Part shown: one piece after another, positions 1 to 10,100 of the stretch
Layout: each line of letters starts with the position of its first letter
Position numbering within the stretch: position 1 is the first letter of the stretch
Assembly (NCBI GenBank): GCA_964426555.1
Contig: CAYRQJ010000004.1
Coordinates: forward strand, 19,109 to 83,108
DNA length: 64,000 bases
Source of the DNA: an uncultured Candidatus Saccharibacteria bacterium
GTDB lineage: Bacteria > Patescibacteriota > Minisyncoccia > Phycocordibacterales > UBA9973
Direction: 5' to 3'
Notes under the pieces: model-generated
Seen by the model: only the letters and a program-made list of their open reading frames with translations
Told to the model about the DNA's origin: nothing
Database searches by the model: none
Program-made: the position numbers and the translations under genes

Positions 1-50
1 AGGACCTTCGCTTTACAAAAGCGTTGCTCTACCAACTGAGCTAAAGCGGC
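1..50 (-). tRNA. tRNA-Thr(TGT), 5' part; 3' end runs off the window edge
   Basis: Reverse complement reads GCCGCTTTAGCTCAGTTGGTAGAGCAACGCT-TTTGTAA-AGCGAAGGTCCT, with a canonical D-arm and anticodon loop TT-TGT-AA. Confidence 0.92.
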
Positions 51-89
51 AAACTATGTCACGCCAGCGTTGTATATTTAGAGATATGT

Positions 90-125
90 GCGTTGTTCAT
101 ACCTACCAAAACAGCTAAAGCGGCA
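90..125 (-). repeat. Degenerate duplicate of the 5' half of the adjacent tRNA-Thr
   Basis: gcgttgttc-atacc-taccaaaacagctaaagcggca versus tRNA gcgttgctc-taccaactgagctaaagcggca (21-51). Confidence 0.65.
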
Positions 126-219
126 TAGCTAAATAAATTGATGTTTAATAAATTAAACGATAATCTATTTAGCTATGAATATATTAGCATTTTGTTTAGA
201 CTTTTTCAAGTCCTGGTTT

Positions 220-933
220 TTAGTTAGCGTCTTTTTCTTCTTGTTTAATTTGAGCTGCTTTTTTTGCATCCAGTAACATTTGAGCCTTCATTTTTAGGAT
301 TTCAGGAACAGCTTTCTCTATTTCTTCAGTAGTCTTAAAGCCCGTATACAATTTTTCGTTCATTACCAATGCCGGCAATTTTGTGTCTTCAACTTTAAAG
401 ATTTTTATTAAAGACTGCAATGCGGTTAAATCCAAATTATAGTCAAAAGAATATATACGAACTTCAGGATAATTGTTGCGTAGTTCGGTAAGCACAGCAG
501 ATTGCTTTATACATTCACTACAATTTTCAGCTGTAGTATAAAAGTAAAATATTGGGACTACGGCTTCTCCGCATTTTGCTTTTATCTTTTGCATTAAAAG
601 ATAGTCTTTGATTTGTAGTAACGAATAGTAACGTTTTAATTCTGTGACTTCTTCTTTGTTTTTTATATTAGATTCACTGTATGCAATCTTTGCTGCCAAG
701 TCATTTAAAGTATCTGACAATGTATTTGCTGCTACATCTTTACAAGACAATTCTTGCAACAATTGAAACTGGGTCTCAGAAGACATAATGTCTATACCTA
801 TAGAATCTTGGATAGATTTTATATTTTCTAATTTTCGATTTGAAAGAAAAGAAGAAAGCCCAAGTGTAGTTATAAATAATGCCAAAGTTATAAGGAAAAC
901 CACAAAGTATCTTTTAGTGTCTGTTTTTTGCAT
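220..933 (-). CDS. Membrane-anchored protein with C-terminal thioredoxin-like domain
   Basis: 237 aa; N-terminal TM helix, coiled region, FYFY..CSEC CxxC motif, LPALV cis-Pro-like segment. Confidence 0.75.
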   Translation of the reverse strand: MQKTDTKRYFVVFLITLALFITTLGLSSFLSNRKLENIKSIQDSIGIDIMSSETQFQLLQELSCKDVAANTLSDTLNDLAAKIAYSESNIKNKEEVTELKRYYSLLQIKDYLLMQKIKAKCGEAVVPIFYFYTTAENCSECIKQSAVLTELRNNYPEVRIYSFDYNLDLTALQSLIKIFKVEDTKLPALVMNEKLYTGFKTTEEIEKAVPEILKMKAQMLLDAKKAAQIKQEEKDAN

Positions 934-1052
934 CCCGTTAGAAGCAGATCGCGATCAATTCACGATTTTGCTTTATTACATTTATAATTTTTGTTTGTTT
1001 TAAATTCATACATTTACACATATTTACATTGCGATCGCGGCTTCTAACGGGA
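933..1052. mobile_element. MITE-like start-codon element, copy 1 (subfamily A, 120 bp)
   Basis: TIRs tcccgttagaagc / gcttctaacggga; flanked by direct repeat ttgca (928-932, 1053-1057); highly similar to 35194-35311. Confidence 0.85.
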
Positions 1053-1075
1053 TTGCATATTTCTATATCCTAACA

Positions 1076-2341
1076 TTAAATTCCGCGCGCGTCACGTTCA
1101 CCTGTCCAACTGGCTTCATAAGACCTGATAGCGTTGTACAGTGCCTTCATAAGCCAAAATGGAGCTACAATACTGTATATAAAGAAAAATAAGATAATGT
1201 TTATAGAAAGCTTGATTTTACCCTGTTTGATTTTTTGTCCAATAAACAGTGAATTAAACACCGCTAAATACACTAAAATAGTTAGAAATAATATGGCATT
1301 TGTAGGCACATAAAACCAGTCAAAACCAGCGCTGGGCATTTTAAAAACTTGACCAGTAGCTGAAACAGAAAGATATTTTACATATAAATAATTTACAATA
1401 TTATATATAGTAAACAAAAACAAAAATACAACTGATAATGCAGAAACTATACCACTGGGTAATGTTATAAACCCAATATTCCCATACTGTCTTCGGAACA
1501 ATAAATGCCTGTAATCAAATACATTTTTAAAAAAACCATAAAGCCAACGAATGCGTTGACGATACAACCCACCAACAGTTGGTGGCGCAATAGTGTAAAC
1601 ATAAGCATCAGGAGCATGTTCAATCTTCATATGGTTTTGCTTCATACGTAATGCAATTTCCTGATCTTCGGTCATATAAGCATGACGATACGGACCAATT
1701 TTATCAAAAACAGCTTTTCTAAAAATAGAAAACGGACCAGGTGTAACATGAATAGCATCCACAAAAGCCAACATCTTTTTTACAAAAATAGAAAAATCAT
1801 ATTCTACTGCTTGTGCGCGCTGGACAATAGTTTTAGGTTCGTGGGTTACAATAGTTGGAGCTACCGCCATAACATCTGGAGAAAAGAAATAAGTCATGAT
1901 GCGTTTTAAAGATTGCGGATGAACCATAGAGTCTGAATCCAGACAGCCAACAAACGGAGTATGCGAATTTTCTAAACCAAGATTATTAGCAGAAAATTTA
2001 CCACCATTTTCTTTTGTAAAAAGTTTTATATTGGGTACATCTTTATACTGTTGCATTATTTGCCAAGTATCGTCCGTGGACCCATCGTCAACAATATTTA
2101 TAAAAAGCTTATCCATTGGATAATCTAATTCTAAAAGAGATTTTACCGTTTTTTCTATATTATGAGATTCGTTATATGCAGGGATGGTTATAGTTACCCC
2201 AGGATAGTCTGGGAGTTCAATTTTTTCAGTACGAACCAATAAATCCTTTCTTTTTTGTAAAAAAACATACAAAAAAAACACCTGCACATAAAGAGATACA
2301 AACGAAAATGCATAAAATAGAACCATGCGCAGATCTTCCAT
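1076..2341 (-). CDS. Processive GT2 glycosyltransferase (PgaC/IcaA/cellulose-synthase-like)
   Basis: IPAYNE, DDGSTD, DSD, TED and QRIRW motifs; N- and C-terminal TM helices. Confidence 0.9.
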   Translation of the reverse strand: MEDLRMVLFYAFSFVSLYVQVFFLYVFLQKRKDLLVRTEKIELPDYPGVTITIPAYNESHNIEKTVKSLLELDYPMDKLFINIVDDGSTDDTWQIMQQYKDVPNIKLFTKENGGKFSANNLGLENSHTPFVGCLDSDSMVHPQSLKRIMTYFFSPDVMAVAPTIVTHEPKTIVQRAQAVEYDFSIFVKKMLAFVDAIHVTPGPFSIFRKAVFDKIGPYRHAYMTEDQEIALRMKQNHMKIEHAPDAYVYTIAPPTVGGLYRQRIRWLYGFFKNVFDYRHLLFRRQYGNIGFITLPSGIVSALSVVFLFLFTIYNIVNYLYVKYLSVSATGQVFKMPSAGFDWFYVPTNAILFLTILVYLAVFNSLFIGQKIKQGKIKLSINIILFFFIYSIVAPFWLMKALYNAIRSYEASWTGERDARGI

Positions 2342-2417
2342 ATATATTACAACTATAGCACAAAAGGCCTATTTTTTAAATGGTGGTATAGATTTTATAA
2401 AATGCTACAATATACAA

Positions 2418-3251
2418 ATGGAACAAGAAAATAACACACAAGACAATTCTACGCATTCACAAAATGATGTAGAAAATAATATTAATAGCACAGTTTCTAA
2501 TGTTACTAATGAAAATAGCGAAGCAGTGATAGTAGAAAAATCTGCAAAAACTGGTAGCAAAATTAGTCCGTCAAATGCAATTGTAATTGCCGGAGTATTA
2601 ATAGCGCTAGCAGTAATTGTAACTGGGCGCGGAAGTATAGATGGTAAAAAATTAAAATCTGGAGACAAATTAGAAGTTAAAGAAATTTCAGAAACTCGTA
2701 GCTTGTCCCCTGTTTCAAAAACAGAACACGTTCGCGGGGATTTATCTAAAGCTAAAGTTGCAATTGTAGAATTTTCAGACTTTCAATGTCCATACTGTAA
2801 AGCAATGCACCCAAATTTATTAAGTATCATGGAAAATTACGGAACTGATGTTGTTTTGGTTTATCGTCATTACCCATTGGAATCTATTCACCCATTAGCA
2901 AGACCAACAGCAATAGCCAGTGAATGTGTAGCTGAAATTGCAGGAAATGATGGGTTTTGGAAATTTACAGATAGTATCTTTAATTATACAGGATCAGGTA
3001 ATCCATTAGAGCAAACTAATTTAGAAACAATTGCAGTATCAAGTGGTGCTAATTTAGAAAAAATTAAAAGCTGTGTTAATAGTGGTAAATACGACAAACT
3101 AATTGACGCTTCAATAGACGATGGTAATAATGCTGGTGTACAAGGAACTCCAGATCTAACAGTGATAAATCTTGAAACTGGTGAAGCTATCCATGCCGGC
3201 GCCGACCCACGAGCTTTAATGCAAATACTTTCAAAAATTTTAAAAAAATAA
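2418..3251 (+). CDS. DsbA/BdbD-family thiol-disulfide oxidoreductase, membrane anchored
   Basis: EFSDFQCPYC, YRHYPL and GVQGTP motifs; start moved to ATG 2418, which lies 6 nt after TGcTACAAT. Confidence 0.88.
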   Translation: MEQENNTQDNSTHSQNDVENNINSTVSNVTNENSEAVIVEKSAKTGSKISPSNAIVIAGVLIALAVIVTGRGSIDGKKLKSGDKLEVKEISETRSLSPVSKTEHVRGDLSKAKVAIVEFSDFQCPYCKAMHPNLLSIMENYGTDVVLVYRHYPLESIHPLARPTAIASECVAEIAGNDGFWKFTDSIFNYTGSGNPLEQTNLETIAVSSGANLEKIKSCVNSGKYDKLIDASIDDGNNAGVQGTPDLTVINLETGEAIHAGADPRALMQILSKILKK

Positions 3252-3263
3252 ATTAAAATTTAT

Positions 3264-3300
3264 AAACAATAAAACCCCATTTAATGGGGTTTTATTGTTT
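3264..3300. terminator. Bidirectional intrinsic terminator
   Basis: aaacaataaaaccccatt-t-aatggggttttattgttt inverted repeat between convergent genes. Confidence 0.8.
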
Positions 3301-3888
3301 TTCTTTATTTTTTAACCGTAATACAAGTAAAAATACCGTAAAAGTAGACACTGTGGCACGAATGCCATATACCAAAGGCAATAATGCCATTGTTTTTAAT
3401 GGTTGTATTGTACCCAGACCTGACGCTAGTGCGTTAATTCCCCACATACTAAGAGATTCGGTATTTTTTGAAGATTTCCATAAATGGACAAATGTTGGAA
3501 AATAAGCAATAACTAAAATAAACTGAATGGCTAAATGCGCTAAGATATTTTGACCACTGACTAGCCAACCAATAAAAATAACTCCAGTTAAAAGCAAACA
3601 ATATTTTTCAAATTTATTAAATATTCTACGAGTATTTTTATTAAACAAAACAACAAAGAAAATTGTTATTGTTGAAAAACTATCAATAATATTAAATGCA
3701 TTAGAAGTTATACCATTTATTCCTGTTTCCTTATAACTAGTTAGTATGCTTAATAAATTAGCAATTACTAAGAAAAGCCATGTTGCAAGAATTGGTTTTG
3801 ATTTCCCAGATTTAATTGAAACCAAATAGATACTGCAATATGTAATAATAAAAATAACCATTAAAATCTGCGGAAGGAATTTTATCAT
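3292..3888 (-). CDS. Hypothetical multi-pass membrane protein (PQ-loop-like)
   Basis: 198 aa with about 7 hydrophobic segments; two half-repeats (KP..ATW and PT..HLW..TES..W). Confidence 0.7.
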   Translation of the reverse strand: MIKFLPQILMVIFIITYCSIYLVSIKSGKSKPILATWLFLVIANLLSILTSYKETGINGITSNAFNIIDSFSTITIFFVVLFNKNTRRIFNKFEKYCLLLTGVIFIGWLVSGQNILAHLAIQFILVIAYFPTFVHLWKSSKNTESLSMWGINALASGLGTIQPLKTMALLPLVYGIRATVSTFTVFLLVLRLKNKEKQ

Positions 3889-3909
3889 GTAATTTATTCT
3901 ACTACGAGT

Positions 3910-5271
3910 TTAGTCGAAGTAATTTCTTAGACGAATTATTTTTTGGTGAGTACGCAACTTTTCGTGGACCTTGGCTTCGATTTGGCGAATACGTTCACGA
4001 GTAACTTGGAATTCTTGACCTACTTCTTCCAGTGTATGCTGTACACCGTCTAGTAGTCCAAAACGTAGTTCTAATATGCGACGTTCTTTAGGAGAAAGTT
4101 CTGCTAAAACTTCACGAATTTGGTCTTGTAAAATTCGTCTAGAAGATTCTTGGTCGGGTCTTAAAATTTTATCATCGGCAATAAAATCACCACGAGCTGA
4201 TTTGTCTTCATCGTCACCAATAGGTTGTTCCAACGACACTGTGTCTTGGTTGATTTGCTGAATCATATGGATTTTGTCTACTTCGATGTCCATTTCAGTA
4301 GCTATTTCTTCGGGCATTGGTTCACGGCCCAAATCTTGAGCTAAACGGCGTACAACTTGTTTGTATTTGGAAATAGTTTCTACCATGTGCACAGGTATAC
4401 GAATAGTACGAGACTGGTCAGCCAATGCACGAGTAATAGATTGACGAATCCACCATGTAGCATAAGTTGAGAATTTGTAACCTTTTGTCCAGTCAAATTT
4501 TTCTACGGCTTTAAATAATCCAAGGTTTCCTTCTTGAATAAGATCAAGTAGTGAAAGATCTGCAGATCGCCCAACATATTTTTTTGCAATAGACACAACA
4601 AGACGCAAGTTTGCACGAGCTAAAATATTTTTAGCTTCTTCTTCACCTTTTTCAATTCTACGCGCTAAATCACGCTCGTCCGCTGCTGTTACCAGTGCGT
4701 ATTGCCCAATTTCACGAAGATACATTTGAATGGAATCGTATTGACTAGACGGCACATCACGCAGTACTTTATCGTTGGCTTTTAATGCATCTACGTCTAA
4801 GTCCAGCAAATTTCCGCCTTCTAATACATCAATATGAACAAATAGAAACATTTCATATAATTCATCTAAAAGAGAAATATTATGTTCAATATCTGGAAAT
4901 TCTTTTAAGATTTCGTCGTATGTTATAAAACCACGTTTTTTACCTTTTTCTAAAAGTACATTCTTTTTTTCTTCAATAAAATTTTTATTTTTACTTAAAG
5001 GAGTATTTTTGGTAGTTGATTTAGATACTGTTTTTGATACAGGTTTCTTTACTACATTTTTTACAGGTTTTTTAGATGGTGTTTTTTTAACAATTTTCTT
5101 TACAATCTTTTTAGGTGCTATTTTTTTAACTACCTTTTTTACAGGTTTAACAACTTTTTTAGGTGCTGCTTTTTTTGCAGGTGTTTTTACTACTTTCCCG
5201 CCTGCGTGGACAGGTTTTTTGTTTTTAGAAACAGGTTTTACAGGTTTTTTTGTTTGTTTTTTTGTTGCCAT
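3910..5271 (-). CDS. rpoD: Primary sigma-70 factor RpoD with basic N-terminal extension
   Basis: [55 protein letters not shown]. Confidence 0.97.
   Translation of the reverse strand: MATKKQTKKPVKPVSKNKKPVHAGGKVVKTPAKKAAPKKVVKPVKKVVKKIAPKKIVKKIVKKTPSKKPVKNVVKKPVSKTVSKSTTKNTPLSKNKNFIEEKKNVLLEKGKKRGFITYDEILKEFPDIEHNISLLDELYEMFLFVHIDVLEGGNLLDLDVDALKANDKVLRDVPSSQYDSIQMYLREIGQYALVTAADERDLARRIEKGEEEAKNILARANLRLVVSIAKKYVGRSADLSLLDLIQEGNLGLFKAVEKFDWTKGYKFSTYATWWIRQSITRALADQSRTIRIPVHMVETISKYKQVVRRLAQDLGREPMPEEIATEMDIEVDKIHMIQQINQDTVSLEQPIGDDEDKSARGDFIADDKILRPDQESSRRILQDQIREVLAELSPKERRILELRFGLLDGVQHTLEEVGQEFQVTRERIRQIEAKVHEKLRTHQKIIRLRNYFD
5197..5214. repeat. 18-bp GC-rich quasi-palindromic in-frame insert in rpoD (encodes PVHAGG)
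   Basis: cccgcctgcgtggacagg; 15/18 identical to 26020-26037. Confidence 0.6.
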
Positions 5272-5272
5272 A

Positions 5273-5390
5273 TCCCATTAGAAATAAGAAATCAAAGATT
5301 TCTGTATTTGATTATCTATTAAAATTAAATCGATTATATTCATCTATTATACTAAATTAAACTATTAAACTGAACAATTTCTAAACGGGA
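5273..5390. mobile_element. MITE-like start-codon element, copy 2 (subfamily B, degenerate, 118 bp)
   Basis: Imperfect TIRs tcccattagaaat / atttctaaacggga; shares the aagaaatc..gatttctgta end with 16004-16120; ATG on both flanks. Confidence 0.75.
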
Positions 5391-5398
5391 CATGTATA

Positions 5399-7174
5399 TT
5401 ATGTGTTACGACGCTTTTGCTTAATAATTTCAATCTTCTTTTGGAGTATCTGGTATTCTTTAATCAAATCAAGGTTATTTTCGTTAGTGATTAATTTTTC
5501 TTTAACTTGATTTACTATATCACGAATAATATTTTCTTCATATATTAACAATAATTCATTAATGTAAGATTGTTTATTACTGGCTCGGTCAAAGTCTATC
5601 TCAGCAGCTAATGATAATTCTTCAAATTGAGGTTTAAGATTTGATATTTCGTTTTCTAAAATTTCATTGGGGATATTTTCTTTTGCAAAATCTCGAATGG
5701 TGTCTCTATGCGAATATATTTGGCTATTTATATCTTGACTGGCAAAATATATTCCATAAAATTTTTCTTTAATACTACTGGGTTTTTCATTTTGTAAAAT
5801 TTGCACACTGGGATTTTCTACTGAAACTGTATTATTTGTACTATTGTTTTCTTTTTTTATTAAGTCATCTACATCTTTTAAAATAAAATCTATATTAATT
5901 GAAAAATATTTTTCTACAATTCTTGCTGCTTCTTGACGGTCAACCGCACTGGAAAGTATAGCAATTAATGGCAGAATTTCTTTTTTTACTTCTTGAATTG
6001 ATTTTTCTCGAACATCATTTTTATTAATTATTTCTTGACACAAAGATTCTATTGGAAGTTGTGCTTCACGCAAAATATTTTTCCATATGTCTATTCCACC
6101 AACTCCGGAAAGTATATCTGCTGGGTCTTTAGCTCCTGGTAAATTTTTAATTAATTTAATATTTATACCTAATGGCAATGCAACATTTAGTACTCGGATT
6201 TTTGCTTTTCTACCAGCTTCATCATTATCTAATGCTAAAATCATATTTTTAGAAAGTCGTGACAACAAACCAAGATGTGTAGGTGTACCAGTTTCATTTA
6301 TTGTATCCCCGGAGAATGCTGTACCTGATACTGCAACAGTATTAGGAAAACCCGACTGATGGGACAATACTACATCAAACTGTCCTTCTACTACTACAGA
6401 AAAATCATGTTTACGAATATATTGTTTTGCATGAGAAAAACCATATAAAATATTAGACTTGTGATAAACTTCTGTTTCAGGAGAATTTATATATTTCCCA
6501 GTTTTACCATCATCAAGCTGTGGTAGTATTCTTCCAGAATAACCAATTACTCTACCCGCAGAATCTTCAATAGGAAACATTATTCTTCCTCGGAATCTAT
6601 TATAAATGGTATTACCATTTGAATTTTCTTTTTCAGATTTTATAGCAAGACCACATTTTATGATTGTGTCATCTGTATAATTTAAACTTTTTAAATGATC
6701 AGTTAGAGAATTCCAAGAATTATCTGCGTATCCTATTTTAAAGTTTTTAATTGTTTCAGATTTTAACGAACGAGACTGCAAATAATCCATTGCGTCTTTA
6801 TCTTTTAAAAGATTTTCTTCAAAAAATTTTGTAGCATCTTTTAAACAAGAATACATTATTTCTTTTTGATCTATTTCTTGTTTTGAAACTGGCTTCAAAG
6901 TTACACCTGCGCGGCGAGCTAGTTCTTCTAGCGCACCGCGAAAGTCTAACCCTTCGTAACGTTCTACAAAAGAAAATATGTCGCCTTTTTCGCCGCAACC
7001 AAAACAGTAATATGTGCCGCGGTCAGGCGAGACATAAAAACTGGCTGATTTTTCGTTGTGAAAAGGACATCGTGCACTAAGGTATTTTCCTTTTTGGGTA
7101 AGAGTAAGATACGAGCCAACGATTTCATCTATTGGCAGTCTAGATTTAATTTCTTCCACATGACTACCCCACAT
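5399..7174 (-). CDS. dnaG: DNA primase
   Basis: CPFHNEKS..YCFGC Zn finger, RIMFPI, KYINSPET, VVEGQFD and DND Toprim motifs. Confidence 0.97.
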   Translation of the reverse strand: MWGSHVEEIKSRLPIDEIVGSYLTLTQKGKYLSARCPFHNEKSASFYVSPDRGTYYCFGCGEKGDIFSFVERYEGLDFRGALEELARRAGVTLKPVSKQEIDQKEIMYSCLKDATKFFEENLLKDKDAMDYLQSRSLKSETIKNFKIGYADNSWNSLTDHLKSLNYTDDTIIKCGLAIKSEKENSNGNTIYNRFRGRIMFPIEDSAGRVIGYSGRILPQLDDGKTGKYINSPETEVYHKSNILYGFSHAKQYIRKHDFSVVVEGQFDVVLSHQSGFPNTVAVSGTAFSGDTINETGTPTHLGLLSRLSKNMILALDNDEAGRKAKIRVLNVALPLGINIKLIKNLPGAKDPADILSGVGGIDIWKNILREAQLPIESLCQEIINKNDVREKSIQEVKKEILPLIAILSSAVDRQEAARIVEKYFSINIDFILKDVDDLIKKENNSTNNTVSVENPSVQILQNEKPSSIKEKFYGIYFASQDINSQIYSHRDTIRDFAKENIPNEILENEISNLKPQFEELSLAAEIDFDRASNKQSYINELLLIYEENIIRDIVNQVKEKLITNENNLDLIKEYQILQKKIEIIKQKRRNT

Positions 7175-7185
7175 ACAATATTTAA

Positions 7186-10100
7186 TTACAAGGCTTCCCC
7201 TGTTTCTTCGTCGATAATAATATCGTCAGATATTTCTCTAAATCCAGTACCAGCTGGTATAAGTCTTCCAACAATAACGTTTTCTTTTAGACCACGTAGA
7301 CGGTCAATTCCACCTTTTACAGCATTGTTAATCAAAACACGATTTGTATTTTGGAAAGATGCAGCTGAAAGCCAAGATTTTGCAGTAAGAGAAACTTCTG
7401 TAATTCCAAGAACTAATGAATCTGCTTTTGAAATTCTTAGGCCTTCGTATTCTAAGCGCATGTTTTCTTCGTCTAGTTCAATCTTTTCTACAATTTCTCC
7501 TGGAGACAATGTTGAATCTCCTGTTTCTTTTACACGCATACGAGAGAACATTTGACGGATGATAATTTCAATATGTTTATGGTCAATAGATGCACTTTGT
7601 AATTCGTAAACTTTTGTAATTTCACGAACAATATAATCTTGTGCCATTTTAGCGCCACCTGTTTTAAAGATTTCACCAATATCAGCTGAACCATCAGTAA
7701 GTAATTCCCCAGCAACAACTTTTTGCCCTGGTTTTACGATTGGGTTACGGCGATTTGGTAATACATATTCAATTGAACCATCTTTACTTGCTCCGCGTTC
7801 GTTTGAAAGAACAACTATAGTTTTTTCTGATCCAGTTTGACGAACTTCTAAAACTTCTCCGTCTACTTTACTTAGAATAGCTGGACTTTTTGGAATACGA
7901 CGTTCGAAGATTTCTTCAATACGAGGAAGACCTTGGGTAATATCAGTACCTGCTACACCTCCGGCGTGGAATGTACGCAGTGTTAACTGTGTTCCAGGTT
8001 CACCAATAGCTTGCGCTGCAATAATACCCACAGCCTGACCAAATGCAATCATTTCGTTTCGTCCAAGATCAGCTCCGTAACATAATTTACATACTCCAAA
8101 TCGTCCTTTACATCCAAGTGGTGTACGAACAACTACTTCGGTTACACCTTTGGCTACAATATCAATTGCAATATCTTTTGTTACAAGAGTATTCTTTTTA
8201 TATAATGAATTTCCACCTTTATCTTTAAGATCAATAGCTAATACACGTCCACGAATTTGGCGTAGTAATGGAATTTCTGTACCACCAATAGTTTCTGTTT
8301 TAAGAATTTTTGATTCTTTTGTTTTACAATCTTCTTCAGTAATGATTACGTCTTGTGACACATCAACTAAACGACGAGTCAAATAACCAGCTTTAGCAGT
8401 ATTCAATGCTGTATCGGCAGAACCTTTACGAGAACCGTGAGTAGTAATGAAATATTGAATTGGAGAAAGACCTTCGATGTAAGATGGGATAACTGGGTAG
8501 TCAATAATACGCCCTGTTGTGTTAACAATAAGACCTTTCATTCCACACATTTGAACCATTGACCCCATGTTTCCACGAGCTCCTGAAATGATTAAATCAT
8601 ATGTACTACTTTTTGGATCAAGTGTTGCAGGAATTGCTTTCTCAATTTCTTTTTTAGCTTTTTCCCAAATTTCAAGAACTTTACGATAACGTTCTTCGTC
8701 AGTCAAAAGACCATCTTCGTAGTGACCAATAACAATTAGTTCTTTAGCACGAGCTGCTTTTACGATAGCTTCTTTTTCTACAGGAACACGTACGTTATCA
8801 ATACCCCAAGTAGTTCCTGATTTTGTAGCATAACGGAAACCGAATGCTTTGATTTTATCTAAGAAACCAGCAGTAACATCAATACCGTAGTGGAAGATCA
8901 AATCATCAACTAATGCACTAACGCCTTTTTTACCCATTTCTTCGTTAATATATGGGAATGTTTCTGGCAAAATATTGTTAAACAAAATTCTTCCTACTGT
9001 TGTTTCAAAAACTTTACCTTCAAATTTTGCATATTTTTCTTTTGTAGTTGGTAAAACTTTTATTTTTGTACGGTAGTCAATATGTCCAAAATCAAGTGCT
9101 AAAATTGCTTGGTTTGGTGAAGAGAAAATCATACCTTGACCTTTTTCGTCTGGAACATCTTTTGTCATCCAGAAAGATCCCAATACCATGTCCATTTTTG
9201 GTTCTGTAATTGGTTCACCGTTTTGTGGTTTCAACAAGTTTTTGTTTGCAGCCATTAACATGCGAGCTTCGTCTTGTGAAGCTTCACTAAGCGGTAGATA
9301 TACTGCCATTTGGTCTCCATCAAAGTCCGCGTTGAACCCTGTACAAACCAATGGGTGTAGTTGAATAGCATTACCTTCGATCAAAACTGGCATAAATGCT
9401 TGAATACCTAAACGGTGCAATGTTGGAGCACGGTTTAGTAATACATATTTACCTTTGATTACATCTTCAAGAATTGCCCAAACTTCTGGGATTTGATCTT
9501 CAATTAATTTGTTTGCTCCACGAATATTGTAAGCTAATTCTGTTTCAATAAGTTTTGCAATAACAAATGGACGGAATAATTCCAGTGCCATATGTTTTGG
9601 AAGACCACATTGGTTTAAAGACAGATCTGGTCCAACAACAATTACACTACGTCCAGAATAGTCCACACGCTTACCAAGCAAGTTTGCACGGAAAAGACCT
9701 TGTTTAGATTTCAAGTTATCAGCTAAAGATTTTAAAGCTCTCTTTTGAGATTGACTCATAGCTTGAGCACCATCTTGTTTTGCCATTGAGTTATCAATCA
9801 ATGCATCAACTGCTTCTTGCAAGATTCTTTTTTCATTTCTTAGAATTACATCTGGAGCTGAAATTTCTATCAGCTTACGCAAGCGATTGTTACGGTTGAT
9901 AACACGTCGGTAAAGGTCGTTAATATCACTTGTAGCATGACGTCCACCATCCAGCGCCACCATAGGACGAAGAGCTGGTGGAATAACTGGAATAACAGAC
10001 AAGAACATCCATTCAGGACGAGAATGTGAATGAAGTAGTGAACGAATTAACGCCAATCTTTTTTCTGTTTTTTCACGATCAAGTGATTTTGATTTTTCAA

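Noticed and set aside
933-1052. Start-codon elements as self-splicing introns
   Set aside because: No group I/II core motifs; precise removal would not consistently restore the reading frame given 2-5 bp duplications. Retained only as a test in the findings
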